DNA from: the human T2T-CHM13v2.0 reference genome, Homo sapiens
DNA length: 64,000 nt
Assembly (NCBI RefSeq): GCF_009914755.1
Contig: NC_060940.1
Direction: 5' to 3' (one strand)
This document shows, piece by piece, positions 1 through 13,175 of this stretch (positions within the stretch are counted from its first letter, which is position 1; each line of letters begins with the position of its first letter). Below the pieces are notes generated by a model, which was given only the letters and a program-made list of their open reading frames with translations, ran no database searches and was not told the DNA's origin. A program made the translations under genes and the position numbers.

Positions 1-2345
1 TAAGCCTAAAACAGCTCCAAAAAATAAGGCCTATTTAATTTAAAAAAAAAATTGTAAAAGCTGTCTTTCTTTTCATGTAATTTGAGAGGATATTTCCTCA
101 ACTCAATGCATTAAGACACCCAGAGTCTTAAGCATTTTTTAGTTAATTACAACCTGTTTTCTCATCACATTTCTAGATTCTATGTAACAGATGGTGAAAA
201 TGTCTATTCTGAAGGCCTAAAAAGTATTCCTGTTCAAGAATAGTGGCTATTACCCAGCATCCCCTGCGCAGGAGTTGGAATACCCAGGGCTGGGTGCAGG
301 AAGAGGGGGCCACACATGAGGCACCAGGGTGGAACACAGAAAGCAAATCCTCAGGGTGCTAACAAGAATAGAGGGAACTCCCAGAGGAATTAAAAGTAAC
401 CCCTACCAGGAACCTAGGGAAATAATCTATACAGAGAAAGAAACGACTTGTTTGAAATTCATTCACACTGGCAGGGTCAATAGAAAAATTTCAATGTAAA
501 TAACAGGAGGCCTTAAATGCATGTTTGCTGAATGCTGAAGGATCTGGGGCAGAAACTATGCAGAGGTTTCTGCAGTGGCCAAATGTTGCCTCTTATCACA
601 GCAGAACAGCCATTAAAAGGGAAGCCCTGGGAACACAGTGAATGTAGATGGAGCCAATCAGATACCCCTGTGAGAGATTTTTAAAGATTTTTTTGTTTTT
701 ATTCTCCTTGTAGTCCATTTGGATCGGATAAGATTTGGGAGACTGATAATTTGCCATTATCTTAACCTCAAAGTTGAAGCAACATTTAAAGGGATTAATG
801 TGGCTTTTCTCCCTCCCAGGGGCATTTTCACCTTCACACCACCGACTCTTCATTTGTCATCAGCAAGCTGGGGACAATTACTCAGAAGACAATGGCAGCA
901 GCGCCACAGCACCGTGGGTTTAATGCTATTTCTGTCTCTATAAAATCTTCAATAATTTGTTTACGACTTCCAAAATTCAACAATAGTGTGCAAATGCAAT
1001 TCTACTTATGTTAATGTGTACCTCCTTTTCTCATATCAGATTCTGAATAAAAATTAGGCAAGTACTCTGTTTTGAAAATATATAAGATGTGAACTTCCTG
1101 GGGGGCTGGGGGGACCTCCAAATGCACTATCCTATCAACCACATTTTTTTTAACTTAATAACTTAAGTGAACTGTTAGTGAAATTACAACCTGCTTGTGA
1201 CACAGTAAATTTACAACAAAATTCATTCCATAAATTATTCAATTCCAAGACTGCAGTCAAGGAGAGAAATATCACCAGGAGCAGGTGATTAGCATGTGAA
1301 AGGAAAAACCCATCTCCCTGCAGAAACAATCACTGTCAAAGCTTCCTATTGGAGTTTTGTAAAAATTACTGTTAAGAACACACATTTAAGGCTTTGTAGT
1401 TCCTATAAAAGGGCTAAGTATTTGATTTACATTAGATTCGTTTGTTCTTTCTTCAACTGTCTCTTTCTCCTACAAACCATAACTGCCTCAATAAATGCTT
1501 GCTCAATCAAGTGTGCATTAAAACAAAAGAATTTAACTTCAATAAAAGTGATGAATCAGGGCCAGAAGTTAACTTTTCCCTCCTCTGTGTTTCTTGCTAT
1601 AAAGTAGGCAAAGCAGAAATTTACATCTGATGCTCCACAGGGGAATATAATTGGTTTCTATTGTGTAGTTGGTCATAGCTGTAGATTCTTGAAGAAATCA
1701 TTTGAAGCCAAAGTTGCAGGACAAAAGGGTTTCAACAAAACTACATTTGTGAACATGGTCTATAGACAAACTAGCTCTGTAAATGGGACTGTCTGCTTTC
1801 TACCAACTTCACACACAGAAGACAGTGCTGATGGGCAAACAAAAGAGTTACAGGATGTTTTCTGAAATCTGGCACACAAATCCCCAACTGGTGGTATTTT
1901 CAGCCAGGTACTAGGAACATTTTTTCCTTCCATGGTGGTAGGTCTTCAATAAAACAAAGTAGATACTATCACCTTTTTTCTTAATTAAAACAGCAATGTG
2001 GCTGTTCTCACATATTAATACATACACTGTTACATTTCAGCAAATGCCTTAGAATCTGCTTTTCTTTAGTGGTTGCTCTTTTTCTTATAGGCATGTGTGA
2101 TAGGCAGAACAATAGAAAATGTCCATGCCCTATTTCCCAGAACCTGTGAAGATGTTACAATGCACGGCACAGAGGAATTAAGGTAGCAGATGGAATTAAG
2201 GTTGCTAATCAGCTGACCTTAAAATAAGGAGATAATCCTGGATTATCCAGGTGGGTGCAGTGTAATTACAAGGGTCTCTAAATGTGGAAAAGGGAGGCAG
2301 GAGAGTGGGTATCAAAGGGACATGATGTGAGAAAGACTTAACCAG

Positions 2346-3343
2346 TATAGAGACAGAAAGGTGCAATACTTTTTCATATCCATTATAAAGGTCAGAGCCA
2401 ACATTCTTATAACAATAAACAGGTTAACAAGAGAAATGCTATATTCATCTGTTCTCGTGCTGCTAATGAAGACATACCCAAGACTGGGTAATTAAAAAGG
2501 AAAGAGGTTTAATTGCGTCACGGTTCAGCATGGCTGGGGAAGCCTCAGGAAACTTACAATCATGGTGGAAGGGTAAGCAAACATGTCCTTCTTCACATGG
2601 CAGCAGCAAGGAGAAGTGCCAAGCAGAAGGAGGGAAAGCTCCTTATAAAACCATCAGATCTTGTGAGAACTCACTCACTATCACAAGACTAGCATGGAGG
2701 TAACCGCCCCCATGATTCAGTTACCTCCCACTTGGTCCCTCCCAGGACACATGGGGATCATGGGAACTACAATTCAAGAAGAGATTTGGGTGAAGACATA
2801 CCAAACCATATCAATGCATAATAAATTTATTTAATCAAAGTTATACAGGACACAGGAGCCATCAGAAATGAAGACCCAAACACCAAGGGGAAACTGATTT
2901 TATGTTTAGGTTCAATGAGGAATGGCAACCAGGTAGAAACATGACTGGACAAAGAGAAGAATCTAATTGTGATAGACTAAGCGGGGAACACACAAGGCTT
3001 GTCTATGCAGATTCTTCTTGGCCTCTCTGGGTAGCATTCCTTCCTCTTGGGTATGGGGCAGGACCCCTCTGGAATGAGCATCTTCAAAGGAGAAAGCAGA
3101 GAGTGACATTACTAGGTTTAATGAGAGGGTTTCTAATTACTAGGATCTACCTTGGGGAAGAGGAATTCTGGTTTCTAAGACTTTGGAGGGGGAACAGGGG
3201 TTGGGTGACAGGAGGACAAGAGAAGGTCAGAGAGGAGACTTTGTTTCTGAGCCTGCTTCTGAGGGCTTCCAATGTCCTAGTGTTCAAAGTACTCAGTATG
3301 CCCATGTGCCATATTTTGGGGTATTGTTTTCTAAGCCCCAACA
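2346..3343 (-). mobile_element. ERV1 solo LTR (MER34/MER39 group), itself interrupted by THE1
   Basis: The minus strand begins TGTTGGGGCTTAGAAAACAATACCCCAAAATATGGCAC. The 4-bp flanks are CCAG and CTGG. Confidence 0.7.
2440..2813 (-). mobile_element. THE1 (C/D-like) MaLR solo LTR
   Basis: GCTGCTAATGAAGACATACCCAAGACTGGGTAATT...AAAACCATCAGATCTTGTGAGAACTCACT...CCAAACCATATCA, with an AATGC-like TSD. Confidence 0.9.
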
Positions 3344-3376
3344 CTGGCTGCTGCTGGCTCTGAAGATGGAGAAAGG

Positions 3377-3643
3377 GCAGTGGCTCATGCCTGTAATCCC
3401 AGTACTTTGGGAGGCTGAGGCGGGCAGATTGTTTGAGCTCAGGAGTTCAAGGCTAGCCTGGAAAACATGGTGAAACCCCATCTCTACTAAAAATACAAAA
3501 ATTAGCTGGGCATGGTGGCACACACCTGTGGTCCCAGCTACTTGGGCATTTGAGATGGGAGTAACTCCTGAGCCCAGGAGAACAAGGTTGCAGTAGGCCA
3601 GGATCACACCACTGCACTCCAGCCTAGGTGAGAGAGTGAGCCT
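3377..3643 (+). mobile_element. AluJ-like, lacking the first bases and the poly(A) tail
   Basis: GTGGCTCATGCCTGTAATCCCAG...ACTGCACTCCAGCCTAGGTG, with both arms present. Confidence 0.9.
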
Positions 3644-3818
3644 AGAGAAAAAACACAGCCCCATGAGATCTTACTCTCAGGCAGAGAGAGCCCTCTTTGT
3701 ACTTCTGACCTATCATCAGAGCTAACAGATAAATTTGCATTCTTTTAAACTCCTAAGTTTGTGGTAATTTATTAAAGCAGTAATAGGAAACTAATACAGA
3801 GTATTTAAACAATACACC

Positions 3819-4152
3819 TGCTAAAAATCTTAGCAAATTAAATTAAGAGAGTTTAACTGAGCAGAGAACCAGACACAAATCAGGCAGCCTCCTGAGCAAG
3901 AGTAGGCTCAGAGAGACTCTAGCACAGCCATGTGGTGGGAGAATATTTATAGACAGAAAAAGGAAAGTGATGTCCGGAAAATGGAAGTGAGGGACAAACA
4001 CAGCCAGATTGGTTTCAGCTCAGCCATTGCCTGATTTGAACACAGTTTGAACACTTGTCCCCCTTTGGCCATAACTCAGTTAAGCCAAACTTAAAATATA
4101 TAAGAACTTAAAATATATAAGGAGGCAGCTGTAGGCTATACTTGATTTAACA
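3819..4152 (-). mobile_element. ERV1 solo LTR, MER57/MER93-like
   Basis: The minus strand starts TGTTAAATCAAGTATAGCCTACAGCTGCCTCCTTATATATTTTAAGTT. Flanks are CACC and CATC. Confidence 0.7.
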
Positions 4153-4288
4153 CATCCTATTCTGAAAGGTAAAATGGTATGGAGAAAGGAAAGCAATTCT
4201 GCAAATTGTTATTGTTTGTTAATAAAGGAAATCACAAAAGGAGAGGCTTAAACGTTAATTTTACATAACTCTCCCTAAAATTACATAG

Positions 4289-4942
<654 letters not shown>

Positions 4943-5434
4943 TGGAAGGGCAATTTTGTTTTAATTGCAATTAGCCTTCTACCATTTATCAAAAAGATTC
5001 CTTAGTGTTTATGGATAGACACATCTTCCACTGGCAGTGGAATACTTCACCCTACCTAAAGCGATTCCTTCTTTCTTAGATAATGCCGCCTTCTCACCTA
5101 TTGTCTGACTCTCCAGAGCCATCAGCCATTGCCTGGCATGTAGTTTGTGCTTTGATACACAGAAGCCACCTAAAAACCACCTTGACTTGTAACAGTAAAT
5201 TCCTATTAGATTGTTCAGCACGGAAGAAAACCAACATACAACTGCAGAATAAAGAGCTGAAAGGAACCTTATGTGATCTAGTTTAACCTCTTTATTTTAT
5301 CAGAAAAGTGATATTCAAAAACTGGAATTCTCTCTGAAGGTCATGCAGTCTGGAGTGAAAGTAGCTTGAAATGCCAGCCCAGGTCTCTTCCCATAATGTA
5401 TGCTGCTGTCCGCATGGTTTGTTCAAATTCAGTC

Positions 5435-5707
5435 CTTCATTCATCCAATGGCAATTTACTAAGGGCCTACCTGTGTGCTGGGCACTGCTTTAGACACTGG
5501 TTATGCAGTGGAAAATGAGAAAAATGAAGGCCCTATTTTTTTTGTTTGTTTTGTTTTGTTTGAGATGGAGTCTCACTCTGTCACCCAGGCTGGAGTGCAG
5601 AGGTGTGCTCTCGGCTCACTGCAGCCTCCGCCTCCCAGGTTCAAGAGATTCTCTGCCTCAGCCTCCCAAGTAGCCAGGATTACAGGTGCCTGTCACCACG
5701 CCCAGCT

Positions 5708-5755
<48 letters not shown>

Positions 5756-6300
5756 TAGAGATGGGGTTTTGCCATGTTGGCCAGGCTTGTCTCGAACTCC
5801 TGGCCTCAAATGATCTGCCTGCCTCGGCCTCCCAAAGTGCTGAGATTACACGCATGAACCACCGCGTCCAGTCCTCTATGTTAACTACATAGTGAACAGT
5901 CCAATGGGAGGAAACAGACACTACACAATAAATACACAAACACGTAACAAGTGCTATCGAAAATGGAACAGGTTGATGTGATAGAAAAAGACTAGGGGTC
6001 GCTTTCAGATTGGCTGATCAGCAAAAACCTCCCCAAAAGGACCTGAATAACAAGAAGGAGACAAGCAGGATGGGAGCAGTGCCTTCCCCGCAGAGGGAAC
6101 ACAGACACAGACTATAGCACAGAAGCTAGTCTGACCTTTTGGAGGAAGGTCACGAAGGCCCGTGTGGCAGGAACCTGGCACAGGAGGGTGACGGGGTAAG
6201 AGGGGCAGTGTGAAAGGTGGGCGACAGCCCAGGCGAGCTCTGTATACACCTGTATTTATATGCGTGTTGACCTTCATTTTGGAATGTGAAATGCTCATGC
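5435..6300 (-). mobile_element. L2 3' region, interrupted by an Alu
   Basis: CATTCATCC...TTTACTAAGGGCCTACCTGTGTGCTGGGCACTG is the L2 3'-end signature; diverged continuation after the Alu. Confidence 0.6.
5536..5873 (-). mobile_element. AluS with the middle A-rich linker expanded to 44 A/T
   Basis: Antisense Alu; pure T run at 5710-5753 between the arms. Confidence 0.95.
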
Positions 6301-6391
6301 GCACGGATTTGTTTAATACACAAAGCACCTAATGTTACCAAGTCAATATGAACTCAGACCTGTCCTGTCTTCATGGGGAAGGATTGGTTTC

Positions 6392-6697
<306 letters not shown>

Positions 6698-6975
6698 CAA
6701 GGGTTGGTTTCAAAAACACAAAATCAACAAAATGAGTGAATTGTTGGCACTGATCAATGGCATTGTGCTGGGTTTTATGAAGTGAAGGTTCACAAGAGCA
6801 CTTTAAGATGGGAATGAAATAATTTCAACTAAAGGGAAGTCAGATATTCCCAGCATGGGGGAAGCTATTAGAAGTTACTGAGTGCACACACTATGTGCAG
6901 GCAATCCAGTAGCTGCTTCCCCTCCATTATTCCAGTTAACGCCCCACTCTACAATGTTATGTAAGAAGCACTTGG

Positions 6976-7275
6976 GGCCGGGCGCGGTGACTCACGCCTG
7001 TAATCCCAGCACTTTGGGAGGCCGAAGTGAGCGGATCACAAGGTCAGGAGTTTGAGAACAGCCTGGCCAACATAGTGAAACCCCATGTCTACTAAAACTA
7101 CAAAAAAATTAGCTGGGAGTGGTGGCGGGCACCTGTAATCCTAGCTACTCGGGAGGCTGAGGCAGGAAACTCGCTTGAACCTGGGAGGCGGAGGTTGCTG
7201 CAAGCCGAGATCACGCCACTGCACACCAGCCTGGGCAACAGTGCGAAACTCTGTCTCAAAACAAACAAACAAACA
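6976..7275 (+). mobile_element. AluS (CpG-rich 5' end, AAAC tail)
   Basis: Begins GGCCGGGCGCGGTG; TSD AAGCACTTGG / AAGCACCTGG. Confidence 0.95.
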
Positions 7276-7701
7276 AAAAGCACCTGGATGCTGAGCAACC
7301 AGCTCAAGCCTGCATGCTTAGCGAGTGAGAAAACTGGAAACTACACACTGTTCTCTCTCACTCCAAGGGTCATTCATGCCTTTCCCATTTTGCCATCTAC
7401 CACTCATATAGACCAAAAACTAGTCTGCACAAGTCATGTCACCTCTAAAAAGTCCACTCTCTTCTTGCATGAGATGACAGGTCAGACCAGATGATCTCAA
7501 AAATCCCTGTGCGTCCAACATGCTGGGATTACATGGTTCTAATCTACTGGCAGAACTTCCCTCCCTCATTCTTGCAGGCCTCTGCACCTGGAAATTTCCT
7601 CCTCGGTAAGTAGAGCAGTTGCTACCTAACGATCAGAAATGCTTCCTAACGTCCAGAAGCCAGATTTCTTGCCTGCATGGCTAACAACAGCAAGCGCAAT
7701 C

Positions 7702-7721
7702 CTACCTCCCCCTGCTGGTGG
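7702..7721 (-). promoter_or_regulatory. CTCF-like motif
   Basis: The minus strand reads CCAGCAGGGGGAGGTA against the core CCAGCAGGGGGCGCTA (2 mismatches). It lies in unique sequence with an AP-1 site TGAGTCA at 7802-7808. Confidence 0.35.
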
Positions 7722-8043
7722 GGGAGGGATAACAGGGTCATTACTAGCTCGTCTTTCCTTTCACTTCCACCTCCTCAAATAAAAATCAACTTCCAAATCC
7801 GTGAGTCAGTCTCGACACGTTTATGTGCCAAGACACTATTATGAGGAAATTGCATTCCCAAATGAACTTTAAGGACAGCTCTCAGCAGCTTAATTTGCAA
7901 ATGCCAGTATTTTCCCTCTCCTTAAAGGGCTCACCTTCTTCGGTTCAACGTCAAATAGAAGCAAACAGAAATTTTGCTTCTAAGAAGCACAGATTATTTC
8001 GGGGGAGTAAAGTTCTCTGCCTTAAAGACTTTTCTACTTAACA

Positions 8044-8333
8044 GCAATCTCAACAATTTGGGAGGCCGAGGCGAGAGATTCGCTTGAGCTCAGGTGTTCA
8101 AGAGCAGCCTGGGCAACACAGGGAGACCCTGTCTCTACAAAAAATCTTAAAATTAGCCAGGCGTGCAGGTGCACACCTGTGATCTCAACCACTCAGGAGG
8201 CTGAGATAGGAGGATCTCTTGAGCCCAGGAGGTCAAAGCTGCAGTGAGCCATAATCACACCACCGTTCTCCAGCCTGGGGGACAGAGCAAGACCCTGAAA
8301 AAAAAGAAAGAAAGAAAAGAAAAGAAAAAGAAA
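8044..8333 (+). mobile_element. AluJ, 5' truncated
   Basis: TTTGGGAGGCCGAGG...CCAGCCTGGGGGACAGAGCAAGACCCTG followed by an (AAAG) tail. Confidence 0.9.
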
Positions 8334-8660
8334 AGGAGAGAGTCACCATCGTATAACATGTCAGTAAGTCACATTTCCAGATTTGGAGTGTGGCTAATCA
8401 TTTCTTCTTGAATTGTAAATAAATGAGAATTATTTTCATATTCTGGAGCAAAAATTAAATATTTGAATATAGAGTCATTATTTTTAATATATTAAATTAT
8501 CAAGCTTAAAATATCTCATAATTTGGGCCAATTCTGACTACTCCATAAGGCAATGCTAGGACTAAAAAGACCCAGCCTTCCTATATACACTGCTTTTCTT
8601 TATATAGAGAGCAGGTCTTCCATGCCCCAAAAAAGTCATCTGATTCTTCTGAGTTGCCAT

Positions 8661-9196
8661 TTGTGGTAGACAGTTGCTGTTTTTGCCTATCCCACATTCT
8701 GCATCTAGGTTTTCCTTTGGAAATTACCCCCAGCCCAATCCTGTGTATCTATGGTTCAGGAGTAGTCAAATTCACATCCAGATCCAGGGGCAGGCACATG
8801 ATCCAGGCCTTGTCAATCAGGCTATCCCATCCCCCTAATAGCAGTTATGGCCCATACCACAAGTCTAATCAGAATTAATCCCTAGTTCATTGCTAGAGAG
8901 TCCAAGATAAAAATGTTCTCCTTCTCCTGGGAAAGGCATATCAACCTGGAGCTTCTGGGAACCACTTTGCCAACACAGGTAGCAGCCTGCTTGAGAATAA
9001 ACGAAAACAAAGGAAAGGAAATAAAGATGCAAGAGAATAAGTTGAGTCCGATGACACCACCAAAATTCCTGGAACCAAATGTGCCTGAAGCCTCCATGGA
9101 CATTTTAGGTATATGAGCCAATTCGTTCATTTTTTTAAATTAAGTTGGTTTAAGTTGAACTTTCTGTTGCTTGCAGCCAAAAAATTCCCATTGGGT
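8661..9196 (+). mobile_element. Old MLT1 (I/J/K-like) LTR
   Basis: Starts TGTGGTAG; 3' end ATGAGCCAATT...AAGTTGAACTTTCTGTTGCTTGCAGCCAAAA. Confidence 0.6.
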
Positions 9197-11350
9197 ATAT
9201 AAATATATATAATTATATTTATTATATAAACATATAATTATATTTATTATATAAACATATATATATTTATTATATAAACATATATAATTAAATTTATTGT
9301 ATAAACATATATAATTATATTTATTTTATAAACATATATAATTATATTTATTGTATAAACATATATAATTATATATTTATTATATAAACATATAATTATA
9401 TATTTATTATATAAACATATAATTATATATTTATTATATAAACATATATTTAATTTTATATATTTATTATATAAATATATATTTAATTACATATTTATTA
9501 TATAAATATATAAATTATATATTTATATAATAAATATACATAATTATATATTTATATAATAGATATGTATAATTATATATTTATATAATAGATATATAAT
9601 TATATATCTATTATATAAATATATAATTATATGTCATATATAATTATATATCTTTATTATATAAATATATAATTATATATCATGTATATAATTATATACC
9701 TTTATTACATAAAGACATATAATTATATACCTTTATTACATAAAGACATATAATTATATCTTTATTACATAAAGACATATAATTATTTCTTTATTACATA
9801 AAGACATATAATTATATCTTTCTTACATAAAGACATATAATTATATCTTTCTTACATAAAGACATATAATTATATCTTTCTTACATAAAGACATATAATT
9901 ACATACCTTTATTACATAAAGACATATAATTACATACCTTTATTACATAAAGACATATAATTACATACCTTTATTACATAAAGACATATAATTACATACC
10001 TTTATTACATAAAGACATATAATTATATACCTTTATTACATAAAGACATATAATTATATACCTTTATTATATATCTTTATTACATAAAGACATATTTAGT
10101 TATATATCTTTATTATATAAAGACATATTTAGTTATATATCTTTATTATATAAATATATGTTTAGTTGTATATCTTTATTATATAAATATATGTTTAGTT
10201 GTATATCTTTATTATATAAATATATGTTTAGTTGTATATCTTTATTATATAAATATATGTTTAGTTATAGATATTATATAAATATATGTTTAGTTATAGA
10301 TATTATATAAATATATATTTAGTTATAGATATTATATAATATATATTTAGTTATAGATATTATATAAATATATATTTAGTTATAGATATTTACTATATAA
10401 ATATATATTTAGTTATATATTATATAAATATATATTTAATTATAGATATTTATTATATAATATATATTTAATTATATATTATATAATATATATTTAATTA
10501 TATATTATATAATATATATTTAATTATATATTATATAATATATATTTAAATATATATTATATAATATATATTTAATTATATATTATATAATATATATTTA
10601 ATTATATATTATATAATATATATTTAATTATATATTATATAATATATAATTAAATATATATTATATAAATATATATTTAATTATACATTTACATATAAAT
10701 ATATATTTAATTATATATTTATATATTTAATTATATATTATATAAATATATATTTAATATATATTTATATGTAAATATATATTAAATATATATTTACATA
10801 TATGTAAATATATATTTAATTATATATTTACATATAAATATATAATTAATTATATATATTGACATATAAATGTATACTTAATTATATATATTTACATATA
10901 AATATGTATTTAATATATAAATACATTTTTATATACTATATATTATATAAAATATATATATTATAAATATATAAAAATATATTTTAAATAATATATAAAA
11001 TATATTATATAAATTTATATTTATTTTATTATATATTGATATAATTTATTATATATTGATATAATTTATTATATATTATATAATATATAATAAATTATAT
11101 TATATATTATATAATATATAATAAATTATATTATATATTATATAATATATAACAAAATTAATTATATATTATATAATATATAACATTATTATATTATATA
11201 TTATATATTATATAAAATATATAATATATAATATAAATTTTAATTTATAATTTTATATAAATATATAAAATATATATTATATAATATATTATATATTATA
11301 TTATATTTAAATATATATTTTATATATTTATTATATATATAAAATATATT
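9197..11350. repeat. AT-rich compound minisatellite / (TA)n low-complexity array
   Basis: Successive arrays of 25-33 bp units, for example AATTATATTTATTATATAAACATAT, AATTATATACCTTTATTACATAAAGACATAT, TTAGTTGTATATCTTTATTATATAAATATATGT and TTAATTATATATTATATAATATATAT. Confidence 0.98.
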
Positions 11351-11478
11351 TTTTTCCCATTTTGGGGTTGCAAGATCACAAAAATCCTATGAAAATCTAC
11401 CAAGTGCATCTATAGAACAAAGACACAAAGTCTTAGAGAATTAGTGGACATCTTTTTCCACTAAGAAAAAAAATCGCT

Positions 11479-11774
11479 GGTTAGGCATGATGACTCATGC
11501 CTGTAATCCCAGCACTTTGGGAGGCTGAGGCTAGAGGACTGCTGGAGCCTAGGAGTTCAAGACCAGCCTGGGTAACATAGGGATATCCTATCTCTACAAA
11601 TAATGATGGTGTGCACTTGTGGTCTCTGCTACTTCGGAGGCTGAGGTGGTAGGATCACCTGAGCCTGGGAGGGCAAGGCTGCAGTGAGCCATGATCACAT
11701 TACTGTACACCAGCCTGGGCAACAGAGCAAGACCTGTCTCAGAAAAAGGGAAAAGAAAAGAAAAGAAAAGAAAA
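11479..11774 (+). mobile_element. AluJ with a short internal deletion at the arm junction
   Basis: Both Alu arms plus a (GAAAA)n tail. Confidence 0.9.
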
Positions 11775-11881
11775 TGGGCTTATGAATTATTTATAAGAGA
11801 AACAATGTAAGAGGATCTATATTCTTATTTCTAGCAGCAGAAGAAAACTTCAGCAATCTCTTTTTTAAAAAATAAGCTCTC

Positions 11882-12800
<919 letters not shown>

Positions 12801-12838
12801 AAAATTTTAATTTCTTCTATCCCTGCCCTCATGCTACA

Positions 12839-13175
12839 TTTTTATTTTATTGATTGATTTATTGATTGATTGATTTTTTAATTTATTTTTGAGACAGAGT
12901 CTTGCTCTGTTGCCCAGGCTGGAGTGCAGTGGCGTGATCTTGGCTCACTGCAACCTGTGCCCCACCAGGTTCAAGTGATTCTCCTGCGTCAGTCTCCTGA
13001 GTAACTGGGATTACAGACAAGCACCACCATGCCCAGCAAATTTTTTTGTATTTTTAGTAGAGACAGGGTTTCGCCATGTCGGCCAGGCTGGTCTCAAACT
13101 CCTGACCTCAAGTGATCTGCCCACCTCGGCTTCTCAAAGTGCTGGCATTACAGGCGTGAGCCACTGAGCGTGGCC
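12839..13175 (-). mobile_element. AluS with (ATTG)n tail
   Basis: TSD TCATGCTACATTTT / TCGTGCTACATTTT. Confidence 0.95.

Larger units (their letters stand above)
2096..3798 (+). mobile_element. MLT1D-like ERVL-MaLR solo LTR, split by an ERV1 LTR (2346-3343) and an Alu (3377-3643)
   Basis: Starts TGTGATAGGCAGAA, contains the MLT1 core GCAGATGGAATTAAGGTTGCTAATCAGCTGACCTT, and ends GTTTGTGGTAATTT...GGAAACTAATACA. Confidence 0.8.

Noticed and set aside
2902-3363. 153-aa ORF, and the 142-aa ORF at 46520-46948
   Set aside because: Both lie within or across LTR sequence and show no recognisable domain, so they are chance open frames.
9690-10070. Regular ~30-bp repeats resembling a CRISPR array
   Set aside because: The units are head-to-tail with no unique spacers, there are no cas genes, and the context is primate. 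It is a minisatellite.
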